Origin: Mustelus asterias | Taxonomy: Eukaryota | DNA length: 64,000 bases | Reading direction: 5' to 3' | Assembly: GCF_964213995.1 (NCBI RefSeq) | Contig: NC_135815.1 | Location: 71,858,001 to 71,922,000 of the forward strand | Shown here: positions 52,007-63,249 of the stretch, piece by piece | Position numbering within the stretch: position 1 is the first letter of the stretch | How the letters are laid out: every line of letters starts with the position of its first letter | The notes under the pieces: model-generated | The model's database searches: none | What the model saw: only the letters and a program-made list of their open reading frames with translations | What the model was told of the DNA's origin: nothing | Made by a program: the position numbers and the translations under genes

Positions 52007-52237
52007 GTAACTGAAAACATCAAATGACTAAAGCTGTATTTTCCATGAATAGGGTTATACACATTGAAACATAAGAATGGAATTATATTGTCCATTGAAA
52101 ATAAGTGTTCAATATTGCCTAATTTGCTGCTGTGAACAAAGTGTTATTCATTTTGGGCTGGAGGAAAACTGCCAGTTTTGCTTTATTTTGCTTTTTTCAG
52201 TAGGTTTTTCTGGATCTGAACAACTGCCAGTCACCAG

Positions 52238-52408
52238 GTATACCCCTGTGTATATACACAGGTAAAGAGGTATACATACCCCTGTGTATATATACAGGTA
52301 TATCCCTGTGTATATACACAAGTATACAGGTATACCCCTGTGTATATACACAGGTATAAAGTATACCTCTGTGGATATAGACAGGTATACAGGTATACCC
52401 TTGTGTAT
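52238..52408. repeat. Minisatellite built on the palindrome CTGTGTATATACACAG
   Basis: About 6 degenerate units of gtatacccctgtgtatatacacag. Confidence 0.8.
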
Positions 52409-52589
52409 TCTGGCTTTCTGCAATTTTGATAAGATAAGTGGAAAAATGGTCAGTCACAAGAATGCACTTGTGTTGATTTCTCATGCCAAACGCATCTAGT
52501 CACCAATTATAAATTCCCCTGGTAATCACTGTTAATGCCGACAGTTGTCATTGCCTAAAAGGGGAGTGCAGAGGAAAGAGTAAAATGGT

Positions 52590-53245
52590 TTTGACCCAGC
52601 AGTAGTGAAGGAAAGGCAATATAGTTACCAATTGGGGTGGTGTGTGACTGGAGGGGAACTTGCAGGTGGTGGCGTTCCCATGCATGGACTGCAATTGTCC
52701 TTTTAGGTGGTAGAGATCACTGATTTGGAAGGTGGTCTTGAAGGAGGCTTGGTGAGTTACTCTTGTTCATCTTGTAAATGGTATACACTTCTGCCACTGT
52801 GTGCCAGTGGAGGGAGTGAATGTTTCCAGTGATAGATGGAATGCTGATTAGGCAGGGTACTTTATCCTGGATGGAGTTGAGCTTTTTGAGTGTTGGAAGC
52901 TATACTCATCCAAGCTGGTGGAGAGTGTTGTGTCACATTCCTGATTGATACTTTATAAATGGTGGAGTCACAAAGTGAATAACTCACCACAGGTATGTTT
53001 ATGGTTATTGGTAAGCTCCCACGATATTGGTGGGAGAATTGAGTGAAGACAATGGCATTAAGTTTCAAGGAGAAGTGGCTAGACTCCCTTTTGTTGGAGA
53101 TGATTATTACCTGGTACTTGTGCAGTGCAAATGTTACTTGCCATTTATCAGCCAAGCCTGAACGTTGTCTAGATTTTGCTGCATGCAGTCACGGACTACT
53201 TTATTATCTAAGGAGTTGCAAAGCGAATTAGAAACTGTGCACTCA
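52590..53245 (-). mobile_element. Ancient CR1/L2-group LINE 3' region; related pieces at about 6835-7210, 9080-9400, 37850-38430, 43020-43590, 46070-46270
   Basis: Recurrent degenerate motifs WQVTFA, ccaacaacactcaagaagcttgacaccatcc and gggaacaccaccac..gcaagttcccc. Confidence 0.55.
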
Positions 53246-53261
53246 TAGAATCATAGAATGG

Positions 53262-53520
53262 TCATTCTTGTCCATTAGTGCATGGCAGGGGTCTGAGAAA
53301 CAGGAAACATGGCTCACAGCGTTGTTGTCTAACAGAAGTTGCAGTGCTGGATCTTGGTTTACTGCTGCTGACTTCATCATCAGCACAGGAGCGGTCGGCA
53401 CCCTCCCTGGCTAGCTGGATGGCTGTGTCCTCAGAGTCCATGAGGACTTTGAGTTCTGGCATCCCACCGCCCATCTGGGATCTCTCCTTCTTGTTGTGAG
53501 CCAACTTGTCCTGCAGGAAA
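53262..53520 (-). mobile_element. Probable remnant of the Harbinger Myb/SANT partner gene
   Basis: KLAHNKKERSQMGGG.PELKVL..SEDTAIQL resembles the segment after the Myb/SANT domain in Harbinger-associated proteins. Confidence 0.5.
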
Positions 53521-54483
53521 ACCGATTAAGAAACTGTAAGCAAGACGGGTGTCAGGGCAGATAATAAGGATGCCTGGCATGTCTGGATGGTGAGTGGGAC
53601 CAGTGAGGCGATGAGGGCACAACCCGCAGGGGAGATGAAGATGTGTTTGGGAAACCGAGTTACGGTTTCCCTTGCACTGGCATTACGTGAGGTCCCTGTG
53701 GATGTGTGATGTGTGTGAGTTGTGAGTGATGAGAAAAGTGGCTTACCTTGGCTGTCCTTTTCTGCAGTATGTTGGCATTGACCACTGCTGCCACTGCCTG
53801 CCATGCTGGGTTTGTCAACTAGCTGCTCAGTTTCCATCCTGAGCATGGGTAGATGATATCACAGTGGGTCTCTACAGCATCGAGGAGTCTCTCCAGAGAG
53901 GCACCTGAGAATTTCCGGGCAGATTGCCTGGCAGGCATCACTTTGCAGCAACCAGCAAAGTGTGGCTGCTGTGCGCTGGGGCAGCTTTAAACGTGGCACC
54001 CTGATGATTACAGTACAGAAGTGATAACATGCGAGGCGAGTCGGAGGCTGCCCCACCAGCGCTCTGGCACTATATGGCGGTAAAAGCTGCCATTGCCTTC
54101 AGCGGACTCAACATCACTTTTCCACTTGCTATCTGCCTATGTTAATTTCTGAGAAATTGTCACCGACAGTCACAAGGTAAGAGATCTCTCTTCCAAAGCT
54201 GAATAGTTTTAATGATTTGCTTATTTTGCCCATGAATAAAAAGGTGTGCTTTCAAAGAGTATTATCAAAGTTAGGTTATCTTTTAGTTTTATACATAAAT
54301 AAGTTAGAACAAACAATTTAAGCCATTATTGCGGTAGAAGTAAATTTCCTTTTAGATGGTTGTGAGCTCCTTTATATGGTTTAACACATGGAATATAATA
54401 GTGACCTGAAAGTGGAATTTGTGGCAGATATGACAGAGCCAAGCACAGGCGATGCACATTGTTCCCACTACCAGTGTACTACA

Positions 54484-55086
54484 TTGAAAAGTAATTCTTC
54501 TCGGCCTTTTGGCTAAGATCAAGTGTAGTGTGGTCGGCAGCCCATGGTTGGCCGCGCTTGGTTGAGGTCATTAGGTTACACTGAAGCTTCATATGTTTCA
54601 TATGAAGCAATTTTTTAAAGCGGCATCTCGGCCTTTTGGCTAAGATGCAAATGAGCTCAAGTCTTGGAGGAGGAACCTCCCCCTTCTCCAATCAGCTTGG
54701 CTCATGTAGATCAGGCCAAGGACAGGGTGGTTTGGTCGCTCGCCCTGTCTTGTCAGCCTGGATCTGAAATGTCTCAACTTGTTGAGACTCTGAATTGGAT
54801 TTGATTTGATTGAATTGGAAAAGTATTTTTTTTTTAATTCTTCTCGGCCTTTTGGCTAAGATCAAGTGTAGTTATGCGGATGCTGCACTTGGTTGAGGTC
54901 ATTGGGTTACATTGAAGCTTCATATGAAGCAGTTTTTAAAAGCGGTATTTAAAATCAGGCCCAGGACAGGGTAAATGGTCGCTTGCTCTGTCTTGCCAGC
55001 CTGGATCGGAAATGTCTCAACTTGTTGAGACTCTGAATTGGACATGATTTGATAGAATTGGAAAAGTATTTTTTTTTAAAATTCTT
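54484..55086 (+). repeat. Tandem dimer of a structured element headed by the U2 snRNA 5' end
   Basis: CTTCTCGGCCTTTTGGCTAAGATCAAGTGTAGT (U2 nt 5-37) at 54497-54529 and 54840-54872; U2 nt 7-27 again at 54626-54646. Shared body ends gaattggaaaagta plus T9-10. Not a full U2 gene. Confidence 0.85.
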
Positions 55087-56224
55087 ATATTGTTCTAAAC
55101 ACTGTAGTATAAACTGAATGGAAGGCACAACTTGCTAATTCAGCATTTAAATCATTCTGTGTTAGATTGACATAGAACATAGAACAGTACAGCACAGAAC
55201 AGGCCCTTCGGCCCACGATGTTGTGCCGAGCTTTATCTGAAACCAAGATCAAGCTATCCCACTCCCTATCATCCTGGTGTGCTCCATGTGCCTATCCAAT
55301 AACCGCTTAAATGTTCCTAAAGTGTCTGACTCCATTATCACTGCAGGCAGTCCATTCCACACCCCAACCACACTCTGCGTAAAGAACCTACCTCTGATAT
55401 CCTTCCTATATCTCCCACCATGAACCCTATAGTTATGCCCCCTTGTAATAGCTCCATCCACCCGAGGAAATAGTCTTTGAACGTTCACTCTATCCCCTTC
55501 ATCATTTTATAAACCTCTATTAAGTCTCCCCTCAGCCTCCTCCACTCCAGAGAGAACAGCCCTAGCTCCCTCAACCTTTCCTCATAAGACCTACCCTCCA
55601 AACTAGGCAGCATCCTGGTAAATCTCCTCTGCACTCTTTCCAGCGCTTCCACATCCTTCTTATAGTGAGGTGACCAGAACTGCACACAATATTCCAAATG
55701 TGGTCTCACCAAGGTCCTGTACAGTTGCAGCATAACCCCACGGCTCTTAAACTCCAACCCCCTGTTAATAAAAGCTAACACACTGTAGGCCTTCTTCACA
55801 GCTCTATCCACTTGAGTGGCAACCTTTAGAGATCTGTGGATATGGACCCCTAGATCTCTCTGTTCCTCCACAGTCTTCAGAACCCTACCTTTGACCCTGT
55901 AATCCACATTTAAATTAGTCCTACCAAAATGAATCACCTCACATTTATCAGGGTTAAACTCCATCTGCCATTTTTCAGCCCAGCTTTGCATCCTATCTAT
56001 GTCTCTTTGCAGCCTACAACAGCCCTCCACCTCATCCACTACTCCACCAATCTTGGTGTCATCAGCAAATTTACTGATCCACCCTTCAGCCCCCTCCTCT
56101 AAGTCATTAATAAAAATCACAAAGAGCAGGGGACCAAGCACTGATCCCTGTGGCACTCCGCTAGCAACCTGCCTCCAGTCTGAAAATTTTCCATCCACCA
56201 CCACACTCTGTCTTCGATCAGACA

Positions 56225-56888
56225 CAGTAAGAAGTCTCACAACACCAGGTTAAAGTCCAACAGGTTTATTTGGTAGCAAATACCATAAGCTTTCGGAGCA
56301 CTGCTCCTTCGTCAGATGGAGTGGAAATGTGCTCTCAAACAGTGCAAACAGACACAAAATCAAGTTGCAGAATACTGATTAGAATGCGAATCCCTACAGC
56401 CAGCCAGGTCTTAAAGGTACAAAGAACAAAGAACAGTACAGCACAGGAAACAGGCCCTTCGGCCCTCCAAGCCTGTGCCGCTCCTTGGTCCAACTAGACC
56501 AATCGTTTGTATCCCTCCATTCCCAGGCTGCTCATGTGACTATCCAGGTAAGTCTTAAACGATGTCAGCGTGCCTGCCTCCACCACCCTACTTGGCAGCG
56601 CATTCCAGGCCCCCACCACCCTCTGTGTAAAAAACGTCCCTCTGATGTCTGAGTTATACTTCGCCCCTCTCAGCTTGAGCCCGTGACCCCTCGTGATCGT
56701 CACCTCCGACCTGGGAAAAAGCTTCCCACTGTTCACCCTATCTATACCCTTCATAATCTTGTATACCTCTATTAGATCTCCCCTCATTCTCCGTCTTTCC
56801 AAGGAGAACAACCCCAGTCTACCCAATCTCTCCTCATAGCTAAGGTACAGACAATGTGGGTGGAGGGAGCATTAAACACAGGTTCCAA
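56225..56888 (-). mobile_element. Penelope family B terminal fragment inside a CR1, itself interrupted by a CR1 (56421-56843)
   Basis: Same terminal sequence as 33137 onward; 12-bp duplication ttcgatcaga(c/t)a at 56213-56224 and 56889-56900. Confidence 0.8.
56283..56319 (-). ncRNA. Minimal type I hammerhead ribozyme motif
   Basis: ccau-CUGACGA-aggagcagugcucc-GAAA-gc-UU-augg. Confidence 0.7.
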
Positions 56889-57629
56889 TTCGATCAGATA
56901 GCCTGTTACCTATCCAATCGGCCAACTTTCCCTCTATCCCACACCTCCTTACTTTCATCATAAGCCGACCATGGGGGACCTTATCAAACGCCTTACTAAA
57001 ATCTACGTATATGACATCAACTGCCCTACCTTCATCAACACACTTAGTTACCTCCTCAAAAAATTCTATCAAATTTGTGAGGCACGACTTGCCCTTCATG
57101 AATCCGTGCTGACTATCCCGGATTAATCCGCATCTTTCTAAATGGTCGTAAATCCCATCCCTAAGGACCTTTTCCAACAATTTACCAACCACCGAAGTAA
57201 GACTAACCGGTCTATAATTACCAGAGTCATTTCTATTCCCTTTCTTAAACAGGGGAACAACATTCGCCACTCTCCAGTCCTCTGGCACCATCCTCGTGGA
57301 CAGTGAGGACCCAAAGATCAAAGCCAAAGGCTCTGCAATCTCATCCCTTGCCTCCCAAAGAATCCTAGGATACATTTCATCAGGCCCAGGGGACTTATCG
57401 ACCTTCAGTTTATTCAAAATTGCCAAGACATCCTCCCTCCGAACATCTATTTCCTCCAGCCTATTAGCCTGTAACACCTTCTCTTCCTCAAAAACATGGC
57501 CCCTCTCCTTGGTGAACACTGGAGAAAAGTATTCATTCATCACCTCGCCTATCTCTACTGACTCCATACACAAGTTCCCACTACTGTCCTTGACCGGCCC
57601 TAACCTCACCCTGGTCATTCTTTTATTCC

Positions 57630-58420
57630 ATGTAGGAACATAAGACTCAGGATCAAGAGTAGGCCAACCAACCCCTCAAGATCATGGCTGATCTGATTGT
57701 GGATTCAATTCCTGTCTGTCCCCATAACCCTTGATTCCCATGGCTATCAAAAATCTAACTCGGCCTTGAATAATTTCAATGATCCAGCCTCCACTATATT
57801 CTGGTGAGAATTCCTCCGAGAGGATAGAAATCTCCTTCTCTCTGTCTTGAAAGGGCAACCTCGTATTCTTAAACTGTGTCCTTTAGTTCTAGCCTCCAAC
57901 AGGAGGTATCCATCTTATCAAATACCCTCAGGATCTGATATGTTTCAATAAAATCATATATTCGGTCTCATCATCCAAGTCATTAATACATATTATGAAT
58001 AGTTCAGGCCCCAGCAATGATCCCGGTGGACACTATTCTTACAAGTTACAGCTTCACAACCTGAAAAAGATTCATGTGTCCCTATTCTCTGCTTCCTGTT
58101 AATTAATCAATCCTCTATCCATGCTAAAATGTTACCCCCCTACACCATGAGTTCTCACTTTGTGAAGCAGTCTTTGATGTGACACCTTATTAAATGCCTT
58201 TTGGAAATTTAAGTATACCACATCTACTGATTCCCCTTTATCCACATAGCTTGTTACTTCCTCAAGTAATTCCAATAAATTAGTTAAACACAGTTTTCCT
58301 TTTACAAAAACATGTTGACAGTGCCTGATAATATAGTGATTTTCTAAGTGTCTTGCTGTAACCTTCTTAATAATGGACTCTAGCAATTTTTCTATGACAG
58401 ATGTTAGGCTAACTGCCTTT
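57630..58420 (-). mobile_element. Degenerate CR1 fragment
   Basis: ORF 58132..58386 CLTNLLE..VDVVYLNFQKAF. Confidence 0.65.
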
Positions 58421-59705
58421 GGTACCCTACTTAGTGCCTACCTACTATCTTGAGTAAAGATGATGGCCGTGATTCTCCCATCCACCAGGAGAATCTCATG
58501 GCAGGCAATGCGCGGGATTCGCACATGTGTTCCTGCCACAAAAGTGTCTCCCAGCACCGGATTTCCGGCGGTGTCTGCTCCATGCCGGAAATCGACGCGG
58601 AAGTAATTTCAATCTTATTTTGCATGTAATTTAAAGGCAATTAGCGGGCCCAGAGACTTCAGTCTCACCCCCGCCAGAGTGGTTCACTCCAGTGGGGATT
58701 ATAGTAGCTCCCCACTTTTGGGGAACGAACTGACCGACCCTGCTGGAGTGAAGGGAGGGCAATCGGGGCCCCCCTCAAGGATTGGGTGCCGAGGGGGATT
58801 TCCCCTGGGCATTGGCACCCTAGCAGTGCTAGCTGGTGCCTCCTGGCATTGCCCAAGGGGCAAAGTGTCAATGCCCAGGGGTACCTTGGCACTGCCCACT
58901 GGGCATGGGCAGTGCCAAGGGGTGGGGCATATGAGGGGTGGGGCCGTGAGGGCGATCTGTGAGGTGGGGGGTCCTGCTGCCACACTGCAGACGGGATTGG
59001 TGGGGGAGGGAGGGAGGTCAGCAATCAGGGTGGGCTGGGGGGGGGCGGGTTAAGCCGAAGTGGGGGGGTGGTCAGCCTGCTGGGGGGATCAGAATTGCAG
59101 GGGGGTGTCGGAACTGCAGGGGGGTAACTGTCGGGGTGGCTTTGGCTGGAGATCGGGGTGGGCTGGAAGGCGGGGGAGGTCGGAACTGGGCCTGGGAATG
59201 GTCAGGGGGCCAGCGATAGGGCCATGGGGAAATGGAGGGCTGGCAATGCGGGGGTTGTGGGGCTGGCCAGCTTGATCGCTGACCAGCAATCGGGAGGCTG
59301 TCAGTGTGGGGCCACTGCCCATGTGCTGATCTCGGCACTGACAGATCGGTGTATGCCCAGTGGCCCACTCAGCCCGCTGATTTCAGCCTCTTCAGCGGGG
59401 ACAGGCCCCGCCCTAGTTTTTAATGATATTCAACCTGGTGGTCTCTGCAGTGCTCAGAGTGTGGAAGATCCTAATTCCAGCCAATATATTTGTTATTTTC
59501 CAATTCACTCAGAGCCTTCCAGAATCTAAGGTATTTTGGAAAATTCTAACCAATGCCTCTATTACCTCTGCACTTATTTTAAGACCCAAGGATACAGGCC
59601 CTCAGATCCTAGAGATTTGGAAGTCTTTAGGTCTAATTGTTTCCCCAGTACCCTTTCCCTAGGGATGCCAATCCTCTTTTCCCTCTTGAATTTTAAGTAC
59701 CTCTG

Positions 59706-60840
59706 AGAACAAAGAACAGAACAGCACAGAAACAGGCCCTTCGGCCCACCAGGTTTGTACCAACACAGATGCCTCTCAAATCTAATATTTTCTTGCCTCT
59801 ACATGGTCCATATCCCTCTATTTCCTGCCTATTCATGTATCTATCCAGATGCCTCTTGAACGTTGTTATAGAATCTGCTTCCACCACCTCCTCCGGCAGC
59901 GTATTCCAGGTATTCACCACCCTCTGTGTGGAAAAACTTACCCCTTACATCTCTTTTAAACTTGCCCCTTCTCATTTTCAACCTATGCCCCCGAGTAATT
60001 GACCCTTTGACCCTGGGAAAAAGACTCTGACTGTCCACTCTATCCAAGCCAGTCATAATCTTGTAAACCTCTATCAGGTCCCCCATCATGCTCCGACGCT
60101 CCAATGAAAACAAACCAAGTTTGTTCAACCTTTCTTCATCGTCCATACCCGCCAAACCAGGCAACATTCTGGTAAATCTCTTCTGCGCCCTTTCCAATGC
60201 ATCAACATCCTTCCAGTAGCACATAATACTCCAAATGCAGCCTAACCAAAGTCTTATACAGCTGCAACATGATTTTCCAATTCCTTTACTCAAATGCCCA
60301 ACCGATGAAGGCCAGCATGGCATATGCCTTCTTGAACACCTTGTCCACCTGCGTTGCCACCTTCAGGGAACTGTGGATCTGCACACCTAGATCCTTCTAC
60401 ATGCTAATATTTCTAAGGGCTCTACCATTCACTGTATACTTTCCTTCCAAATCACATCACCTCACATTTGTCTGGGTTAAATTCCATCTGCCACCTTTTG
60501 GCCCAGGTCTCCAGCCAATTTATATCCTGCTGTATCCTCTGACAATTCTCCTCACTATCCACTACACCCCAATTTTTGTATTATCTGCAAATTTACTAAT
60601 CAGATCACCTACATTTTCCTCCAAATCATTTATATATATATTACAAACAACAGAGGCCCCAGCACTGATCCTTGTGGAACACTGTTTGTCACAGACCGCC
60701 AGTTAGAAAAGTACCCTTCCACTGCTACTCTCTGCTTTCTATGCCCAAGCCAGTTTTGTATCCATCTAACCAGCTCATCTCGGATCTCATATGACTCTGT
60801 ATCAGCCTGCCATGAGGAACCTTATCGAAAGCTTTACTAG
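59706..60840 (-). mobile_element. CR1 LINE 3' part
   Basis: ORF 59841..60323 KRFTRMLPG..GDLIEVYK; gaacaaagaaca tail. Confidence 0.8.
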
Positions 60841-61871
60841 AAGTTTTCTAAGTCTTCCACAGTGATGACAGACACAAAATAGCTGTTCGATGCTTCCCCC
60901 TTCCTTGTTTTCCAATAATAATTCCCTAGATTCATTCTCTAGAGGATAGACACAGGAAGGAGATACTGGCGATGACTGTTGGTGAGGGAAGAGAGAGAGC
61001 ATAATGCCGGCAATTATTTTTTGGGGGGTGTGGGATGCCATTGATGACTGTTGAGGGGGGTGGGAGACAACCGGGGGAGGTGATGCTGCCAGTGACCATT
61101 GGTTGAGGGGGAGGGTGGGGATGCTGGCATTGATCATGGTGGGGGGATGCCATCATTGATCGCGGGGGGGGGGGGGGGGGGGGTGCATGCTGCCGTTGAT
61201 CGCGGTGTGGGGGATGCCAGAGTTGACCTTGCGATGGGAGGGCAGCATTGATTGTGCCAGGGGGGATGCCAGCGTTGATTGTGGAGGTGGGGAAGCACCT
61301 GAGACCTCTGTGGTCAGGTGGGGGGAAGGTTATTTCTTAGTCTGATTGGGGTGCCCTTTAAAAAGGGTGCCCCGATTGCAGTGCAGCCGGCTGTGCCAGT
61401 GTGTTTAGTCCCCGCCCCCTCAAAATAACTGACAAAGTGCCATAAGATTTGGAGAGAAAATCTGCCCGTTCCTCTGGAGAGAAACACGCCGGTTTTCAGT
61501 AAGATCCTGCCTTGTGGGTGAGATTTTCCAGTCCCACCATTTTCCCACCCAAAGCCAACAGACTTCCACCAGACTTTCCCACCATTTTCCCACCCAAAGC
61601 TGCTTCCCAGATTTTCCAGTTTCACCCATGCCAATTCCTGCCACCAGCAAGACCAGAAAATCCTGGCCTATATTTCTAGATAATGTTTTCTCACACTCTA
61701 ATTTCTTATTTTTCTTTGCTGGTTCTTAAATTTGATCCAATCTTCTGATTTACAGCTAACCTTTGAAATGTCTCTTTCAGTTTGATGCTACCCTTAACTT
61801 CTTTATTTAGCCACACTAGATGCATCTTTCAAAGGGCCCTTCTTTCCCACTGGATAAATCTTTACTGAGAA

Positions 61872-62204
61872 GGGGCGGCACGGTAGCACAGTGGTTAGCA
61901 CTGCTGCTTCACAGCTCCAGGGTCCCGGGTTCGATTCCCGGCTCGGGTCACTGTCTGTGTGGAGTTTGCACATTCTCCTCGTGTTTGCGTGGGTTTACTC
62001 CGGGTGCTCCGGTTTCCTCCCACAGTCCAAAGATGTGCGGGTTAGGTTGATTGGCCAGGTTAAAATTGCCCCTGAGATGCGTAAATTAGAGGGATTAGCG
62101 GGTAAATATGTGGGGGGTAGGGCCTGGGTGGGATTGTGGTCGGTGCAGACTCGATGGGCCGAATGGCCTCCTTCTGCACTGTAGGGTTTCTATGATTTCT
62201 ATGA
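61872..62204 (+). mobile_element. HE1-type V-SINE
   Basis: gggcggcacggtagcacagtggttagc..gggttcgattcc, V-domain, (tttctatga)n tail. Confidence 0.85.
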
Positions 62205-62394
62205 GAGTTATTAAATATTTCCTTAAACATCTGTCATTCCCTCTCTACTGTCCTCCCTTTTAACCTAGCTTTCTAGTCATTTCAGCCAACTCTGCTTTCA
62301 TATCCTGATAATATCTTTATTTAGGGTTAAAACACTAGTCTTATATCCACACTTCTCACCTTCAAACTGAATTTGAAATTCTACATTAAAGTTT

Positions 62395-62667
62395 AATTTT
62401 TATTTATTAGTGTCACTGCAATTTATTAACACTGCAATGAAGGTACTGTGAAAATTCCCAAGTCCCACACTCCGGTGCCTGTTCGGGTACACTGAGGGAG
62501 AATTTAGCATGGCCAATGCACCTAACCAGCACGTCTTTCAGACTGTGGGAGGAAACCGGAGCACCCGGAGGAAACCCACGCAGACACAGGGAGAATGTAC
62601 AGACTCCACACACAGTGACCCAACTGAGTCCCTGGCGCTATGAGGCAGCAATGCCACCGTGCAGCCC
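62395..62667 (-). mobile_element. V-SINE variant with a different 3' tail
   Basis: V-domain present; 3' end ...ttcattgcagtgttaat...aataaataaaa. Confidence 0.65.
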
Positions 62668-62801
62668 TGATAATCACCTCTATACTTGTGCTTATAAATT
62701 ATGCTGATAACCAGGTATATTTTATTATCATTTGTGGTATTGTTTGTCTGCTTTAAGAGGAAGTTGCCTATGATTGATTACTTCATACATTGTTAATACA
62801 G

Positions 62802-62948
62802 ATACAAGAAGCAAAAACTTTAAACAGGGACATAGCCTCCAGATCACTAGAGAGACCTCCTTCGGGTCGCAGGAGTCGCAGTGCAACCCCAAGTGGGAGG
62901 AAGACTCCACTGGATGGCAAACAAATAGGATTTGACCTTGAACAAAAG
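62802..62948 (+). CDS. Host exon, RSRSxTP repeat module 3, 147 bp, phase 0 to 0
   Basis: taatacag|ATACAA...CAAAAG|gtttgt; IQEAKTLNRDIASRSLERPPSGRRSRSATPSGRKTPLDGKQIGFDLEQK. Confidence 0.75.
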
Positions 62949-63249
62949 GTTTGTATTTTTTATTGTCATTAATGTTGGTTTTTTCAACAAACTAAACCTT
63001 TAATTATGAATCAGCCTAACATACACCATGTGGAGGAGGTGTTGTTTCTTTGTAAAAATATGTGTGAATGAAGTTGGGCCAGAATCAAACTTCCCCCAGG
63101 AGATTTCATTTTGCCGTTTCTTTTAATTCAGCCATTTTTGAAGCTGGAAAATATAACTCCACTCTGACGCCTGAAGCACATTTCACTTCATAAAGTTAAA
63201 ACAGTGCATTGAAGGGAGGCTGTAGTCAGCCCTTTTTGCTTGTACAGAT

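Larger units (their letters stand above)
55170..57628 (-). mobile_element. CR1 LINE (family a) interrupted by a Penelope fragment and a nested CR1 family b (56421-56843)
   Basis: ORFs 55249..55488, 55485..56240 (GVPQGSVLGP, FADDTK), 56872..57618; nested ORF 56494..56826. Confidence 0.92.
9556..62948 (+). other. CENPJ: Partial multi-exon gene, CENPJ/CPAP (SAS-4)-family centriole protein, possibly a divergent paralogue; both ends not seen in window
   Basis: Exons with AG/GT boundaries join in a consistent phase. Peptides match CPAP hallmarks: PN2-3-like RPIRPGIGEKQKTFEDFVEE, KKSFLKRGEGIARF, DLSDDADY, and coiled coil LETEIERFKAENTSLAKL...ESRWSHAHSCLRNQIDTLTKENVELRDELK. Confidence 0.85.

Noticed and set aside
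52238-52408. CRISPR-like array
   Set aside because: Eukaryotic context, no unique spacers; it is a simple minisatellite.
54103-54176. Candidate exon ending in AAG|gtaaga
   Set aside because: Phase 0 to 2 with no compatible downstream exon found; it borders a transposon relic.
54497-54872. Functional U2 snRNA genes
   Set aside because: Only nt 5-37 or 7-27 are present; there is no Sm site or 3' stem-loops.
58460-59545. GC-rich ORFs (also about 23190-24300, 32820-33870, 34250-34800, 60940-61670) as genes or CpG-island promoters
   Set aside because: They share motifs (tggcactgccc, cccgatcgctgg) with each other and look like degenerate Harbinger-related non-autonomous repeats; the ORFs are low complexity.
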